A DNA stretch of 64,000 nucleotides, taken from positions 1-64,000 of the forward strand of contig CAVPBK010000004.1 in NCBI GenBank assembly GCA_963701855.1, written 5' to 3'. Position numbers and translations under genes: made by a program. The stretch is from Nitrospirota bacterium. Its GTDB lineage: Bacteria; Nitrospirota; Nitrospiria; Nitrospirales; Nitrospiraceae. The notes under the pieces were generated by a model that had not been told where the DNA came from, made no database searches, and saw nothing but the letters and a program-made list of their open reading frames with translations. Below, piece by piece: positions 44,873 through 53,730 of the stretch. The stretch's first letter is position 1, and each line of letters opens with the position of its first letter.

Positions 44873-46149
44873 CGGTGTAATCGACGAATTATTCCCGCCC
44901 CAGCCAAATCATCAGCCGCCTTCCGAATCCGTTGAAAGAACATTCCCGATCGTTCTGCGATATCCAATAAGCTGTGATCACCGTCTGACAAGTTCAGGAC
45001 CCACAGCAAAGCCAGATTATCCTCGCTCCCTGGGGCGCTGTAGAGGCCTTTTTTCCCGAGTTGTGGTTCGCATTTTTGATTTTGGCTGACGTACGTGTCA
45101 TTGAGATCTAAGACTTCAAGAATCTGCCCTACCTTTATGTAGGAATCCGTCAACGATTCAGGCCTGACAAAGCTCAGATTGTCTCCGGAAGTGTGATACT
45201 CAGGAAAACATCCGTTGGGAGTCCGCATGAAACAGCCAACTGGAAGATTGAACCCGGGCGAACAATATTGACGTTCATCATATCCATAGGGGGAAAACTC
45301 CTGCACGGCAAAATCCCCACCGCTATGTCTGAGCACGTGAATCGCCGCTCTATCGACCTCGGCACATCCAGCGCGTGACTTTTTATACGTCGGCTTTCCG
45401 CTGTCACCAACACAAGTTAGAACAATTCCATGCCGAACTTTCTTCGTCTGAGGCTCATTCAAACACAGCCAGGCAATGGCCCCTATCGTGACGGGCAAAA
45501 ACAGAAAACGATAGGAATACTGATGCGGCCGATTGACCAACGCCTCCGCCAGACGGGTTCCTAAGACGACTCCGGAAAGATTGTCATTACACAACGATGG
45601 GTGGCAGACGTGACAGGAAATGAGAATTTCTTCCTCGCGCGCTCCTTTCAGATAGCATTCACCATAGGACAGATGGCCTGCCTCAAGTGTAGAATCAATG
45701 CAGACTTCGTACTCGTCTTCATGCAACTCTATTAGCTGCTTGTGGCTCAGGCAAAATCCCCAACTCTCGCGATAGTAGGCCGTGCGGTAGGGAATCCAAT
45801 CAGGCCGATCCGGCAATGAGAACAGATGTGGCTTTAATTCACCGAGCGTCATTTTTCGATGAATAGGGAGGCTATAACTCACAACATGGAGATTGGATTG
45901 CTGGAAGTCTACGACTCGGTTTCCATGTGAATCCTTGATATATGCGTCGTGGATATTCCACTCTTTCGGAATAGTCCAATCAAATACCTGCGTCCCGGTG
46001 GGAACCTCATGCACAATTAAGGGAATTCGCTTCTCGATGTGATGGAGGGTGGTTCGGAGGCCATCACCGCTGATACTTCGGCACAATGGGTAGAGTTCTC
46101 TCATGAACTCATGCATCTCTCTCCCAACATTCTCAATCGCCAGTGCCAT
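44869..46149 (-). CDS. DUF4910 (M28 peptidase-like with C-terminal winged helix) polysaccharide-associated protein
   Basis: LYPLCRSISGDG, DWTIPKEWNI, CHPSLCNDNLSG, GYDERQY, YHTS. Confidence 0.85.
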   Translation of the reverse strand: MALAIENVGREMHEFMRELYPLCRSISGDGLRTTLHHIEKRIPLIVHEVPTGTQVFDWTIPKEWNIHDAYIKDSHGNRVVDFQQSNLHVVSYSLPIHRKMTLGELKPHLFSLPDRPDWIPYRTAYYRESWGFCLSHKQLIELHEDEYEVCIDSTLEAGHLSYGECYLKGAREEEILISCHVCHPSLCNDNLSGVVLGTRLAEALVNRPHQYSYRFLFLPVTIGAIAWLCLNEPQTKKVRHGIVLTCVGDSGKPTYKKSRAGCAEVDRAAIHVLRHSGGDFAVQEFSPYGYDERQYCSPGFNLPVGCFMRTPNGCFPEYHTSGDNLSFVRPESLTDSYIKVGQILEVLDLNDTYVSQNQKCEPQLGKKGLYSAPGSEDNLALLWVLNLSDGDHSLLDIAERSGMFFQRIRKAADDLAGAGIIRRLHR

Positions 46150-46207
46150 GTGCCAAATCTAGCTCCTACAGAGATATCCTTATATCGACGCCGGGAATGG
46201 CTTGAGC

Positions 46208-46312
46208 CGGAAGCTCCCCCGAACAGGAGATCGTCCACGAGGAGAATCTTCAGTTCCCCTGCGCCAGTCGAAGTTCACCGAGGCCCAGATCGTGTCGATC
46301 CTGAAAGAGGCC
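46208..46312 (+). mobile_element. 5' stub of IS3-family (IS407-group-like) element: left end plus first codons of OrfA
   Basis: CGGAAGCTCCCCCGAACAGGAGAT (18/24 identical to the IS end at 14677), RBS GAGGAG, then (CTG)RQSKFTEAQIVSILKEA. Confidence 0.75.
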
Positions 46313-46328
46313 TCCTGGCCCACTTCTA

Positions 46329-47621
46329 CTACCATTCGGTATTTACCGCCAACATCGTGACAAGTTTGTCGAAGGCTGGAGATCCAGGATACGAGTAATG
46401 ACTGTAATCTTGCGAAAGCGATAGTTTGGTGCTTCGCGTCAAGCTGTAATCGAGCACCGCTGAACCTGTAATGGTTTCAATCTTGTAGGAACTCACCTGA
46501 GCGGATTCGTTATGGGCATAGGCCCCACTGGCTGTCAGCCGGACCACTCTGGAAAAGCTATGGCTCACGTTGAGTAGGGCGACATTGCTGATCATTGATC
46601 CTCCGATTCCAATATACAAGGGTGCAGTTCGTCTGGAGACCTCGATCGATGCTCGCGTCTGCCGGTCAAAATCATTCATCAGGGAGAAGCTCCCCGTGAA
46701 AAAAGTCCGGTTGTCCTGCTGCTCTATCATCGAAGCCCCTCCACTGATCGTCGCCGTCCAGCCCCGCACGATATGCATTACATACTCTGGCTGGATCGTT
46801 TGCGAAGTAAATTGAATTGAGGGACTTGTGCCTGCTGTATTCGATTGATCCGAACTCAAATAGTTGTATTTCAGAAACAATGTGTCGCCGCCATCAAACG
46901 TATACGTTGGGCCGATTGCGACGTTATGCACCGTGGTATCGAAGAAATTAGTCGCAGTATTTTCCGCCGCGGTCACAAACCGGCGCCCTACATGTAAAAT
47001 GGAATAGGTATAATTAGCGCGCAGACCCATTGTGCGCGAAAAGGAGTAACTTCCGTCTGTGGACAAGTTGTTTGAATATGCATCGGCTCGAGCTCCCTGG
47101 ACGCCGCGGAGGAATACGTCCGATTGTGGTGCCGTTTGTGCGGCTTGTGCTGCGGCTTGTCCTGTACCCTGAAAGGTTGGTCGCTGCGGGCTGTACAGAA
47201 ACGCATCGGTTATTCGTAATTTCAGACCAGGCAACAACTCCTTCGTCCAGTCGCTCAAATCTGAGCTTGCGAGCACATTGGCCGAGGCATACCTCAAATT
47301 GGAATTGTACGCATATCCGTTGCCATCTACTCCGGCGCGGAGCACCGTATCCCCCAAGCGGCTTTTATTCAGGACTGTCACCTTTGCTCCCAACGTCGTA
47401 ATAAGGTCCCACGATTGCTTTCCCTGAGGAACAAATTGTGGCGCAGTAAAGTACACATTGGAGTCATATCGCTGAGCAAGACTGACCGACGGTATATACT
47501 GCGTCTCCGCTTGAGCACGTGAACCCACTGCCATTTCGGTGATCGAGCCGATGGCCAGCAGAAAGAGCGCCACGAGCCGGCCGACGCAGTGCCTCTTTCT
47601 CTGGGCATGCTCCAATACCAC
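46329..47621 (-). CDS. Outer-membrane beta-barrel protein of polysaccharide export
   Basis: Signal peptide, RYDSNV motif, alternating aromatic beta-strands, terminal Trp; adjacent to OPX genes. Confidence 0.78.
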   Translation of the reverse strand: MVLEHAQRKRHCVGRLVALFLLAIGSITEMAVGSRAQAETQYIPSVSLAQRYDSNVYFTAPQFVPQGKQSWDLITTLGAKVTVLNKSRLGDTVLRAGVDGNGYAYNSNLRYASANVLASSDLSDWTKELLPGLKLRITDAFLYSPQRPTFQGTGQAAAQAAQTAPQSDVFLRGVQGARADAYSNNLSTDGSYSFSRTMGLRANYTYSILHVGRRFVTAAENTATNFFDTTVHNVAIGPTYTFDGGDTLFLKYNYLSSDQSNTAGTSPSIQFTSQTIQPEYVMHIVRGWTATISGGASMIEQQDNRTFFTGSFSLMNDFDRQTRASIEVSRRTAPLYIGIGGSMISNVALLNVSHSFSRVVRLTASGAYAHNESAQVSSYKIETITGSAVLDYSLTRSTKLSLSQDYSHYSYPGSPAFDKLVTMLAVNTEW

Positions 47622-47623
47622 AA

Positions 47624-48274
47624 CTACGGCACCAGGACGGTATCACCAGAGTGCAACACGATGTTGCCTGGTTCACCACGTCCGGCCACGAGATCATCGT
47701 ACCGCAAGGGAATACGGACCTCTCGACGTGTGTGGTCACTTTTTTCAATTACTCGCAGAATCTGCAACTTGTTTCTCTTCGCGTAATCTGTAAATCCTCC
47801 AGCCGTGGAGATGGCTTGGAGTACCGTGATGTACGACTTGAGCTGGTATTTTCCCGGCTTCGTGACTTCTCCCAAGACATACACCGAATAACTGTTGATC
47901 GTTTTTACGCTCACCGACACCGACGGAATGGTTGCAAAATACTGTTTGAGACGCTCGGTAATCCGCTGAGCGAGGGCGTCAGCCGTGAGGCCCGCCGCTT
48001 GAATATCCCCGATGAGCGGCATGGAAATGAGTCCGTCCGGCCGGATTGCTGTGGTTCGTGACAATTCCAGATTCTTCCACACGGTGATCTCTAATTCGTC
48101 CTCTGGACCGAGAAGAAATCCCGCAGGAGCCTCGTAGTCCCTGGATTCAATCGGCGTCGTAGGCCCAAGGCAACCAGCCAGGAATAGCATAGAACATAGC
48201 AAGAAACCGACCGAGAAAATTCTTCGGTGACGCATTGAAATCCATCTGACGTGTGTGTGTGTGTGTTGGTCCAC
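47624..48274 (-). CDS. Polysaccharide export (OPX/Wza-like) lipoprotein, Poly_export + SLBB
   Basis: Lipobox LAGC, LGPEDELEITVW, RPDG.ISMPLIG, VLGEV.KPG; GTG 48274 with AAAGGA upstream. Confidence 0.9.
   Translation of the reverse strand: MDQHTHTHVRWISMRHRRIFSVGFLLCSMLFLAGCLGPTTPIESRDYEAPAGFLLGPEDELEITVWKNLELSRTTAIRPDGLISMPLIGDIQAAGLTADALAQRITERLKQYFATIPSVSVSVKTINSYSVYVLGEVTKPGKYQLKSYITVLQAISTAGGFTDYAKRNKLQILRVIEKSDHTRREVRIPLRYDDLVAGRGEPGNIVLHSGDTVLVP
48251..48266. repeat. (GT)8 / (AC)8 dinucleotide tract in the first codons of the OPX gene
   Basis: gtgtgtgtgtgtgtgt read directly; encodes HTHTH. Confidence 0.9.
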
Positions 48275-48295
48275 AAGAGTCCTTTTTGCTGATCC

Positions 48296-49042
48296 CTATC
48301 GACCCGGAAATATCACCATTGCCTCATTCGGAACGACGACCGTATCGCCAGACTTGAGCTCGAAGTTTTCGGTGATTCCCCCACGGAGCACAATTTCGTC
48401 ATAGCTCGCCGTCAATCTCTTCATACCCGTGGCACTTTCTGTAAACCTAAAGATAACCATTTGATTTCTAGCCGCGATCGGGGTGAACCCGCCGGCGATG
48501 GTAATCCCCTGTAACAGTGTCGTTTTGCTTTTGAGTGGATACCTTCCAGGCCTCGCAACTTCACCGAGCACGAAAATATTGGAACTATTGATCTCCTTCA
48601 CACTCACGGCAACGACCGGGTTTTGAATGTATTCTTTCAGTTTACTCGTCATTTCCTCAGCCAATTGCGAGGGCGTTTTCCCTACCGCCATGATGTCACG
48701 AATGATCGGCATGGAGATCCTGCCATCTGGGCGCACTTGAACAATCTTCGATAGATCCACATTCCTCCAGACAGTAATTTCCAGCACATCCTCGGCGCCG
48801 ATGATGTATTCGCTGCTGACCGCATTCGAGAGCGTTTCCATCATGTGTTCTGAAGCGGCGCTCTGCTTGTTCGCCATGTTCACCGCCTTCTCATTGGTGC
48901 TCACGGGAACAGAAGATGACGTGGTGTCAGTCACCGATCTTCCTGCAGACACCGGCCCGACAGGACTAGGCTCACAGAGTCCAGTACTTGCTGCTGAGCC
49001 TATCGAGAGCCAAACTAGTAGGAAACCCAGGGCGCGTTTCAT
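48296..49042 (-). CDS. Second polysaccharide export (OPX/Wza-like) protein
   Basis: YIIGAEDVLEITVW, VRPDGRISMP, VLGEVARPG, LKSGDTVVVP. Confidence 0.9.
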   Translation of the reverse strand: MKRALGFLLVWLSIGSAASTGLCEPSPVGPVSAGRSVTDTTSSSVPVSTNEKAVNMANKQSAASEHMMETLSNAVSSEYIIGAEDVLEITVWRNVDLSKIVQVRPDGRISMPIIRDIMAVGKTPSQLAEEMTSKLKEYIQNPVVAVSVKEINSSNIFVLGEVARPGRYPLKSKTTLLQGITIAGGFTPIAARNQMVIFRFTESATGMKRLTASYDEIVLRGGITENFELKSGDTVVVPNEAMVIFPGR

Positions 49043-49201
49043 AAAGCATTGCCCCTTCCCTTATCAAAACAATCTATCTCCTTGCAGCCATATGAGCACG
49101 ACCCAAAAAATGCTTCGTCAATTGAAATTGCATCAGAGCCTATATATCGGACGCGTGAGTCCAGCCTGTCTTCACCGTTCGCTGCAAAAATCCCAATAGG
49201 C

Positions 49202-49702
49202 TCACGCTGCAGCGACGCTAGCGGCATCGATTTCTATGGTGACGGCACGCTGAATCAGACTAATGCTCAGGACTAGACGGCAAGCTTTTGCTTCCCGAAC
49301 CAGGTGGCCCTTGACCCCCTGTAGAGGACCACGAATCACCTCCACAAGCATTCCTTCCCTGAGGTAAGAGCAGCACACATAATCAGAAGGACTGATTATG
49401 AGTTTCCTCAATGACTCAATTTCTTCATCAGGGATAGGCTCAGGTTGTCCCCCGGACCCGATCACGCGTACGACGCCTTGAGATTGAAGCACGGAAAGCC
49501 GGTTTGCTAAGGAGAATCTTGCAAAGCAGTACCCCGCAAAGAGCGGGACTTCGATCTCCTTCTTCCTATCCGTCCACTGACTCAATCGCCTCATCGTCGG
49601 CAAGAAGGTCTCGACATTTCGCATTTCCAACTGACTTCGAACGACTTTTTCGTGTCGAGACAATGTCTGGATCGCAAACCAGCAATGTGGCTGGGAAATC
49701 AT
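49202..49702 (-). CDS. UpxY/RfaH-type NusG-paralogue transcription antiterminator
   Basis: WFAIQT..RHEK, FLP....QW.DRKK.IEVPLF.GY.F, KOW motif EVIRGPLQG; first gene of the cluster. Confidence 0.88.
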   Translation of the reverse strand: MISQPHCWFAIQTLSRHEKVVRSQLEMRNVETFLPTMRRLSQWTDRKKEIEVPLFAGYCFARFSLANRLSVLQSQGVVRVIGSGGQPEPIPDEEIESLRKLIISPSDYVCCSYLREGMLVEVIRGPLQGVKGHLVREAKACRLVLSISLIQRAVTIEIDAASVAAA

Positions 49703-49959
49703 ATGGTTAGTTCCTTTGTCACACGTAGCTTCGCCCTCTCAGTCCCAACGGACTTGTGTTTCTTAAAACCAGTAACCACTATTCACAACGTTCAGAAGTA
49801 TGTTCGAAACGGTTCTTAGGGTAAAGAGTTTCCGTTCTTATTGCATCGGATGATTGCGTTAAAATACTACCGTGCTATCCCTGCACCTCTCTTTGGCATA
49901 GCAACACCTTAGCCCATGAGAGCCTCGCGGTATTGCACTTGGAGGGTAGAACTCAAGCT

Positions 49960-50307
49960 TCAAAACATGAATTTTAATCCGACGAAGTAGGCCCCATTAC
50001 CATTGGTTTTTCCGAACGGTAATCTCCTCGTCCAGCGAACTTCTGCTAATGTGGGGGTTTCAGCGACGCTGATCGGTGTCGGCACATAGACCTTCATCAC
50101 TTGTGAGATCGCCGGGGCCTGCTCCATCAAGATCAGCATGCCCCCGCTGCTGATATTGACCGACAGCGCTTTCCCTTCGTGAGCAGACACCACCGGATTC
50201 TCCACCGGACTAGTCATCTCATACGGAATCGGCCGCAAGAGCGCCACTCGTTCGTTATGTTTCTGGAAATCCGTCGATATTGGCCATTCCCATTCATTCT
50301 GTCCCAC
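49960..50307 (-). CDS. PilZ domain protein
   Basis: KHNER, NISSGG, AEVRW, VGLKF; GTG 50307 after G-rich RBS. Confidence 0.8.
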   Translation of the reverse strand: MGQNEWEWPISTDFQKHNERVALLRPIPYEMTSPVENPVVSAHEGKALSVNISSGGMLILMEQAPAISQVMKVYVPTPISVAETPTLAEVRWTRRLPFGKTNGNGAYFVGLKFMF

Positions 50308-50663
50308 GTTACCCCCCTCCGCACACGAGATTGTTAGATGCAAAAGACCTAGCGCCAGGACCGATGTAGATTCCTCGAAAGTGACATCTTTCTTTATCTT
50401 GTTCTTTTCGCTGATAACGCCAGACAGCCTCAGAATTCTCTGAACGTCTCACCGCTCTGGTGAGAGTATAGAAAAGCGTCGAGTAAGGGACAATACCGAC
50501 GATGTAGGCCTCGTCTCCAAAAGGTGGGTGTTGACTCCCCCAAAAGGGTTAGGTAGTATTTTCAATCTAAAGTTACGTTCTTCATGACTCCATGCTACCC
50601 TAACAGAATGTATTCGATTGTTCAGGATTGTTCTAACGCGACTACGAAAGCATCCCTCCATCC

Positions 50664-51272
50664 ATGATTGATTCATCGCCCCCCGTAGACCCAACAGACA
50701 CTCTCGCCGATCAGCGCGCAGGCTCAGGAATTGTTGTCCTCTCGGCTTCCATGCAACTCCTCCATATGAATCGGCAAGCCTCAGAATTGTCAAAACAGAT
50801 TAATGCGGCAGAACATGGTGGAGGGAGCCTGAAATCAGCCCATGGAGTCCTGCCGACTGCACTGACAGAACTCTGCGGAGAAATCATCAAGGCCCTTCAC
50901 GTTCGTACCGAAGCAAAAGACTGGGAGCAATTCGAGATCAAGCGTGTGGCCGGTAACCCTGATAAACCTATCCTGTTGCGGGGATTTGGCCTACCAGATC
51001 GAGGGGGAGTCCAGTATGCGAGACTCGTGGTCACATTGGAAGAGTTAGCGCGGCGACAACAGCTCAATACCGATCAAGCCAAGGAAAAGTTCCAATTGAC
51101 CAATCGCGAACAATCCGTCATTGAGCATCTGGCAAAGGGGTGGACCAATAAAGAGATCGCAAATGCCCTTCAGATTACTGAACAGACCGTGAAAGAGCAC
51201 ATCAAGCACATCATGCGAAAAACCAACTCCACGACTAGGACAGGGATCCTCGTTCACGTCTTCAATTCGTAA
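50664..51272 (+). CDS. LuxR-type HTH transcriptional regulator with PAS-like N-terminus
   Basis: LTNREQSV..LAKGWTNKEIA..LQITEQTVKEH. Confidence 0.9.
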   Translation: MIDSSPPVDPTDTLADQRAGSGIVVLSASMQLLHMNRQASELSKQINAAEHGGGSLKSAHGVLPTALTELCGEIIKALHVRTEAKDWEQFEIKRVAGNPDKPILLRGFGLPDRGGVQYARLVVTLEELARRQQLNTDQAKEKFQLTNREQSVIEHLAKGWTNKEIANALQITEQTVKEHIKHIMRKTNSTTRTGILVHVFNS

Positions 51273-51298
51273 TTCTGGTGAAGCTACATCAGGCATTC

Positions 51299-51377
51299 AG
51301 GCTGGAGGCCAAAAGCCGGAGGTCGAAGTTCTGAACAAGTCAGGCCTTCACTCTAAGCCCCTTCAGCCTATCCGCCT
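51299..51377. repeat. Degenerate 7-mer repeats in inverted arrangement (hairpin) after the LuxR gene
   Basis: aggctgg-aggccaa-aagccgg-aggtcga ... ctaagcc..ttcagcct..ccgcct. Confidence 0.5.
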
Positions 51378-51594
51378 GAGCAAACTCACAATCTGCCACA
51401 GTATCAGTGTCAAAAATACCACAGTGCGTTATCTGCAACACATTGATCACGCCAGAATGGCTCATTTTTATACTGTAAATCAATTGTTTACGTGATATAG
51501 ATTTGGTCTGTTGATTGCATTACCCCACCACTGAGACTGAATTAATTGCTGTAGATGTGAGCAAGGCGTAGGGCAAGAGGAAGCCTGAGGTAGT

Positions 51595-52083
51595 ATGAAA
51601 AACTTTCACGTGATATTGGCGAGTATCCTGATTTCAGTGGCTGGGCTCCAGACCCTGCAGCCAGTACAAGCAGCCGCCAGCGACAACGGAAGCTTCATGA
51701 GCCTGTGGAGTACCTACTCCCATTGCCAAGCCACTACCGATATCGACCAGTTGAGAGAGAACGCGTTGACCCTGACAAACGCAGCCAATCGCTCGCTCAC
51801 CAAGGAAGCCTTTGTTCTCCCTCTACCAGGCAAGCTTGAAAGATTTGTGTCAACTCCTGCGGCCAGATTCTCGGTGGACGTGAAAGCGATGGCTGCGGCC
51901 TGTTCCTTACGGGCCAGCTTCGCTGCGGTGGAAGCAGGAAAACTGGACATTGCCAAAGACCTTCTCCAGACAATTCTCAGCTACCAACCCCAATCCGAGT
52001 ACGCCTACTACGCGCTACAGGCAAAATCATTGCTTTCAGAAATCGAGACGAACGCCATTGAGGTTACACTCAACCTTCCCTAG
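51595..52083 (+). CDS. Exported hypothetical protein, helical/TPR-like C-terminus
   Basis: RBS GAGG, signal peptide VQA|AA, 162-aa ORF. Confidence 0.75.
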   Translation: MKNFHVILASILISVAGLQTLQPVQAAASDNGSFMSLWSTYSHCQATTDIDQLRENALTLTNAANRSLTKEAFVLPLPGKLERFVSTPAARFSVDVKAMAAACSLRASFAAVEAGKLDIAKDLLQTILSYQPQSEYAYYALQAKSLLSEIETNAIEVTLNLP

Positions 52084-52096
52084 CCTGTCTTGTTCG

Positions 52097-52189
52097 TTTG
52101 GTCTGTTCGGTCTATCTGGTCAGTCTCGTTTATTCGGCTGAATTATGCCAACCAGAGAGACCAGGTGAACCAGAAAAACCAGACAGACC
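52097..52189. repeat. Inverted 9-mer tandem repeats between convergent genes, possible bidirectional terminator
   Basis: tttggtctg-ttcggtcta-tctggtcag.. versus accagagag-accaggtga-accagaaaa-accagacag. Confidence 0.65.
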
Positions 52190-52209
52190 TGGTAGTCTCA
52201 GACGTGCAG

Positions 52210-53724
52210 CTACCCTCCTGTGACTAACGACACAAACAGTCTGTCGTAGGCATTTGCTGAGCGAACCCACGACACATCCGTAGCCATCCCTGCTTCAACC
52301 AGTTGACCCCACATCGATCGATCCTGATATACCGACACAGCTTGGCGCAACACAACCAGAAGAGCCTCTGCCGTATCCTCCTCAACATGAAACCCGGTTG
52401 CTTGTCCCACCTGCCGAGCCCACGTGGCCAGCGGTAGGACCGTATCTGCCAACCCACCAATTTTTCTCACTACGGGGACCGTTCCATAGCGAAGGCTGTA
52501 GAGCTGGCTCAAGCCACAGGGCTCATACCGAGACGGCATCACAAGCATGTCTGCTCCGCCTTCGATACGATGGGCGAGCCCTTCGTCGAAGCCGATACGA
52601 AGTCCCATACTGTGTGGATAACGTGCCTGAAGCATCTTAAACTTGGCTTCGAGCTCGGGCTCGCCAGCTCCCAACATTACCAGCTGCAGATCCATCGCCA
52701 TCAGTTGCGGAATAATATCCGCCACAAGATCTAAGCCCTTTTGTGAGGTCAGCCGCGCAATGATGCCAAGAAGCGGAACCGATGTTTCCGGCAACTGAAA
52801 CTCCCGTTGAAGCGCCTGTTTGCACTTCAGTTTCCCTGAACGGTCGAACACTGAGTAGTTGGCCGACAGATAGGAATCGGTTTCCGGGTTCCATCGATCG
52901 ATATCGATACCGTTCAGGATACCCAGGAGTCGGTCCACACGGTTGCGTAGCACGCCCTCAAGGCCAAAACCGAATTTGGGCGTGAGAATTTCTCGCGCGT
53001 AGGTGGGACTGACCGTCGTGACATAATCAGCAAACACAATCCCCCCCTTGAGCAGATTTACCAAACCATAATACTCAAGAGCCGCAGGGTTAAACAGCGA
53101 TGGAGGCAGACCTGTTTTCTTAAATTGATCCCCGGGGAAAAGGCCTTGATACCCGACATTGTGCAGCGTCAGTACGGTGCGCACTCCCTGTACTTCCGGA
53201 CGATCTCGATCAACGGTATTGAGATAGACCGCACACAACGCTGTTTGCCAATCATGCAGATGGAGGATATCGGTCTTCCATCGGCACGCGGTTTGGAGAT
53301 AGGCCATCACCTCGATCGTCGCGCGGCAGAAGAAGGTAAACCGGTCGAGATTATCAGGGTAATCGATACCGTGGTCTTGATACAGCCCTGGCCGGTCGAA
53401 GAAGCCTTCGTTCCGAATCGTCCACACCCGCACCCGGCAATCACCTTCGCCAACGGGAATAACATCTTCCTCGATCAGCGTGTCGATACGTCCCTGAGGT
53501 GTCGGCACATGGAGCCGACAGACAGAACGGAAGGATCGGCTTGACTCACTCAAACAGCGGTAGCGTGGGAGCAGGAGGATGACATCGTGACCAAGTTTTG
53601 CCAACTCAAGGGGCAGCGCGCCTGCGACGTCGGCAAGCCCGCCGGTCTTGGCATAGGGAACCGCTTCGGAAGAGACCATGAGAAGATTTAGAGGGTGCTG
53701 GGTCACGGAAGGCCTATAGGACAC
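52210..53724 (-). CDS. glgA: Glycogen synthase
   Basis: KTGGLADV, HLHDWQT, TLHN.GYQG, PSRYEPCGLSQ. Confidence 0.95.
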   Translation of the reverse strand: MSYRPSVTQHPLNLLMVSSEAVPYAKTGGLADVAGALPLELAKLGHDVILLLPRYRCLSESSRSFRSVCRLHVPTPQGRIDTLIEEDVIPVGEGDCRVRVWTIRNEGFFDRPGLYQDHGIDYPDNLDRFTFFCRATIEVMAYLQTACRWKTDILHLHDWQTALCAVYLNTVDRDRPEVQGVRTVLTLHNVGYQGLFPGDQFKKTGLPPSLFNPAALEYYGLVNLLKGGIVFADYVTTVSPTYAREILTPKFGFGLEGVLRNRVDRLLGILNGIDIDRWNPETDSYLSANYSVFDRSGKLKCKQALQREFQLPETSVPLLGIIARLTSQKGLDLVADIIPQLMAMDLQLVMLGAGEPELEAKFKMLQARYPHSMGLRIGFDEGLAHRIEGGADMLVMPSRYEPCGLSQLYSLRYGTVPVVRKIGGLADTVLPLATWARQVGQATGFHVEEDTAEALLVVLRQAVSVYQDRSMWGQLVEAGMATDVSWVRSANAYDRLFVSLVTGG

Positions 53725-53730
53725 ATCACA

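Noticed and set aside
14677..46312. Composite transposon bracketing the biosynthetic genes
   Set aside because: Both IS ends read in the same direction on the + strand rather than inverted, both elements are truncated, and no target duplication was identified
49710..49950. RfaH ops/JUMPStart element
   Set aside because: Closest minus-strand match is GCACGGTAG, not GGCGGTAG; insufficient
51478..51490. IHF consensus AATCAATTGTTTA (also 18874-18886)
   Set aside because: Short degenerate motif expected by chance in 64 kb; no supporting promoter identified
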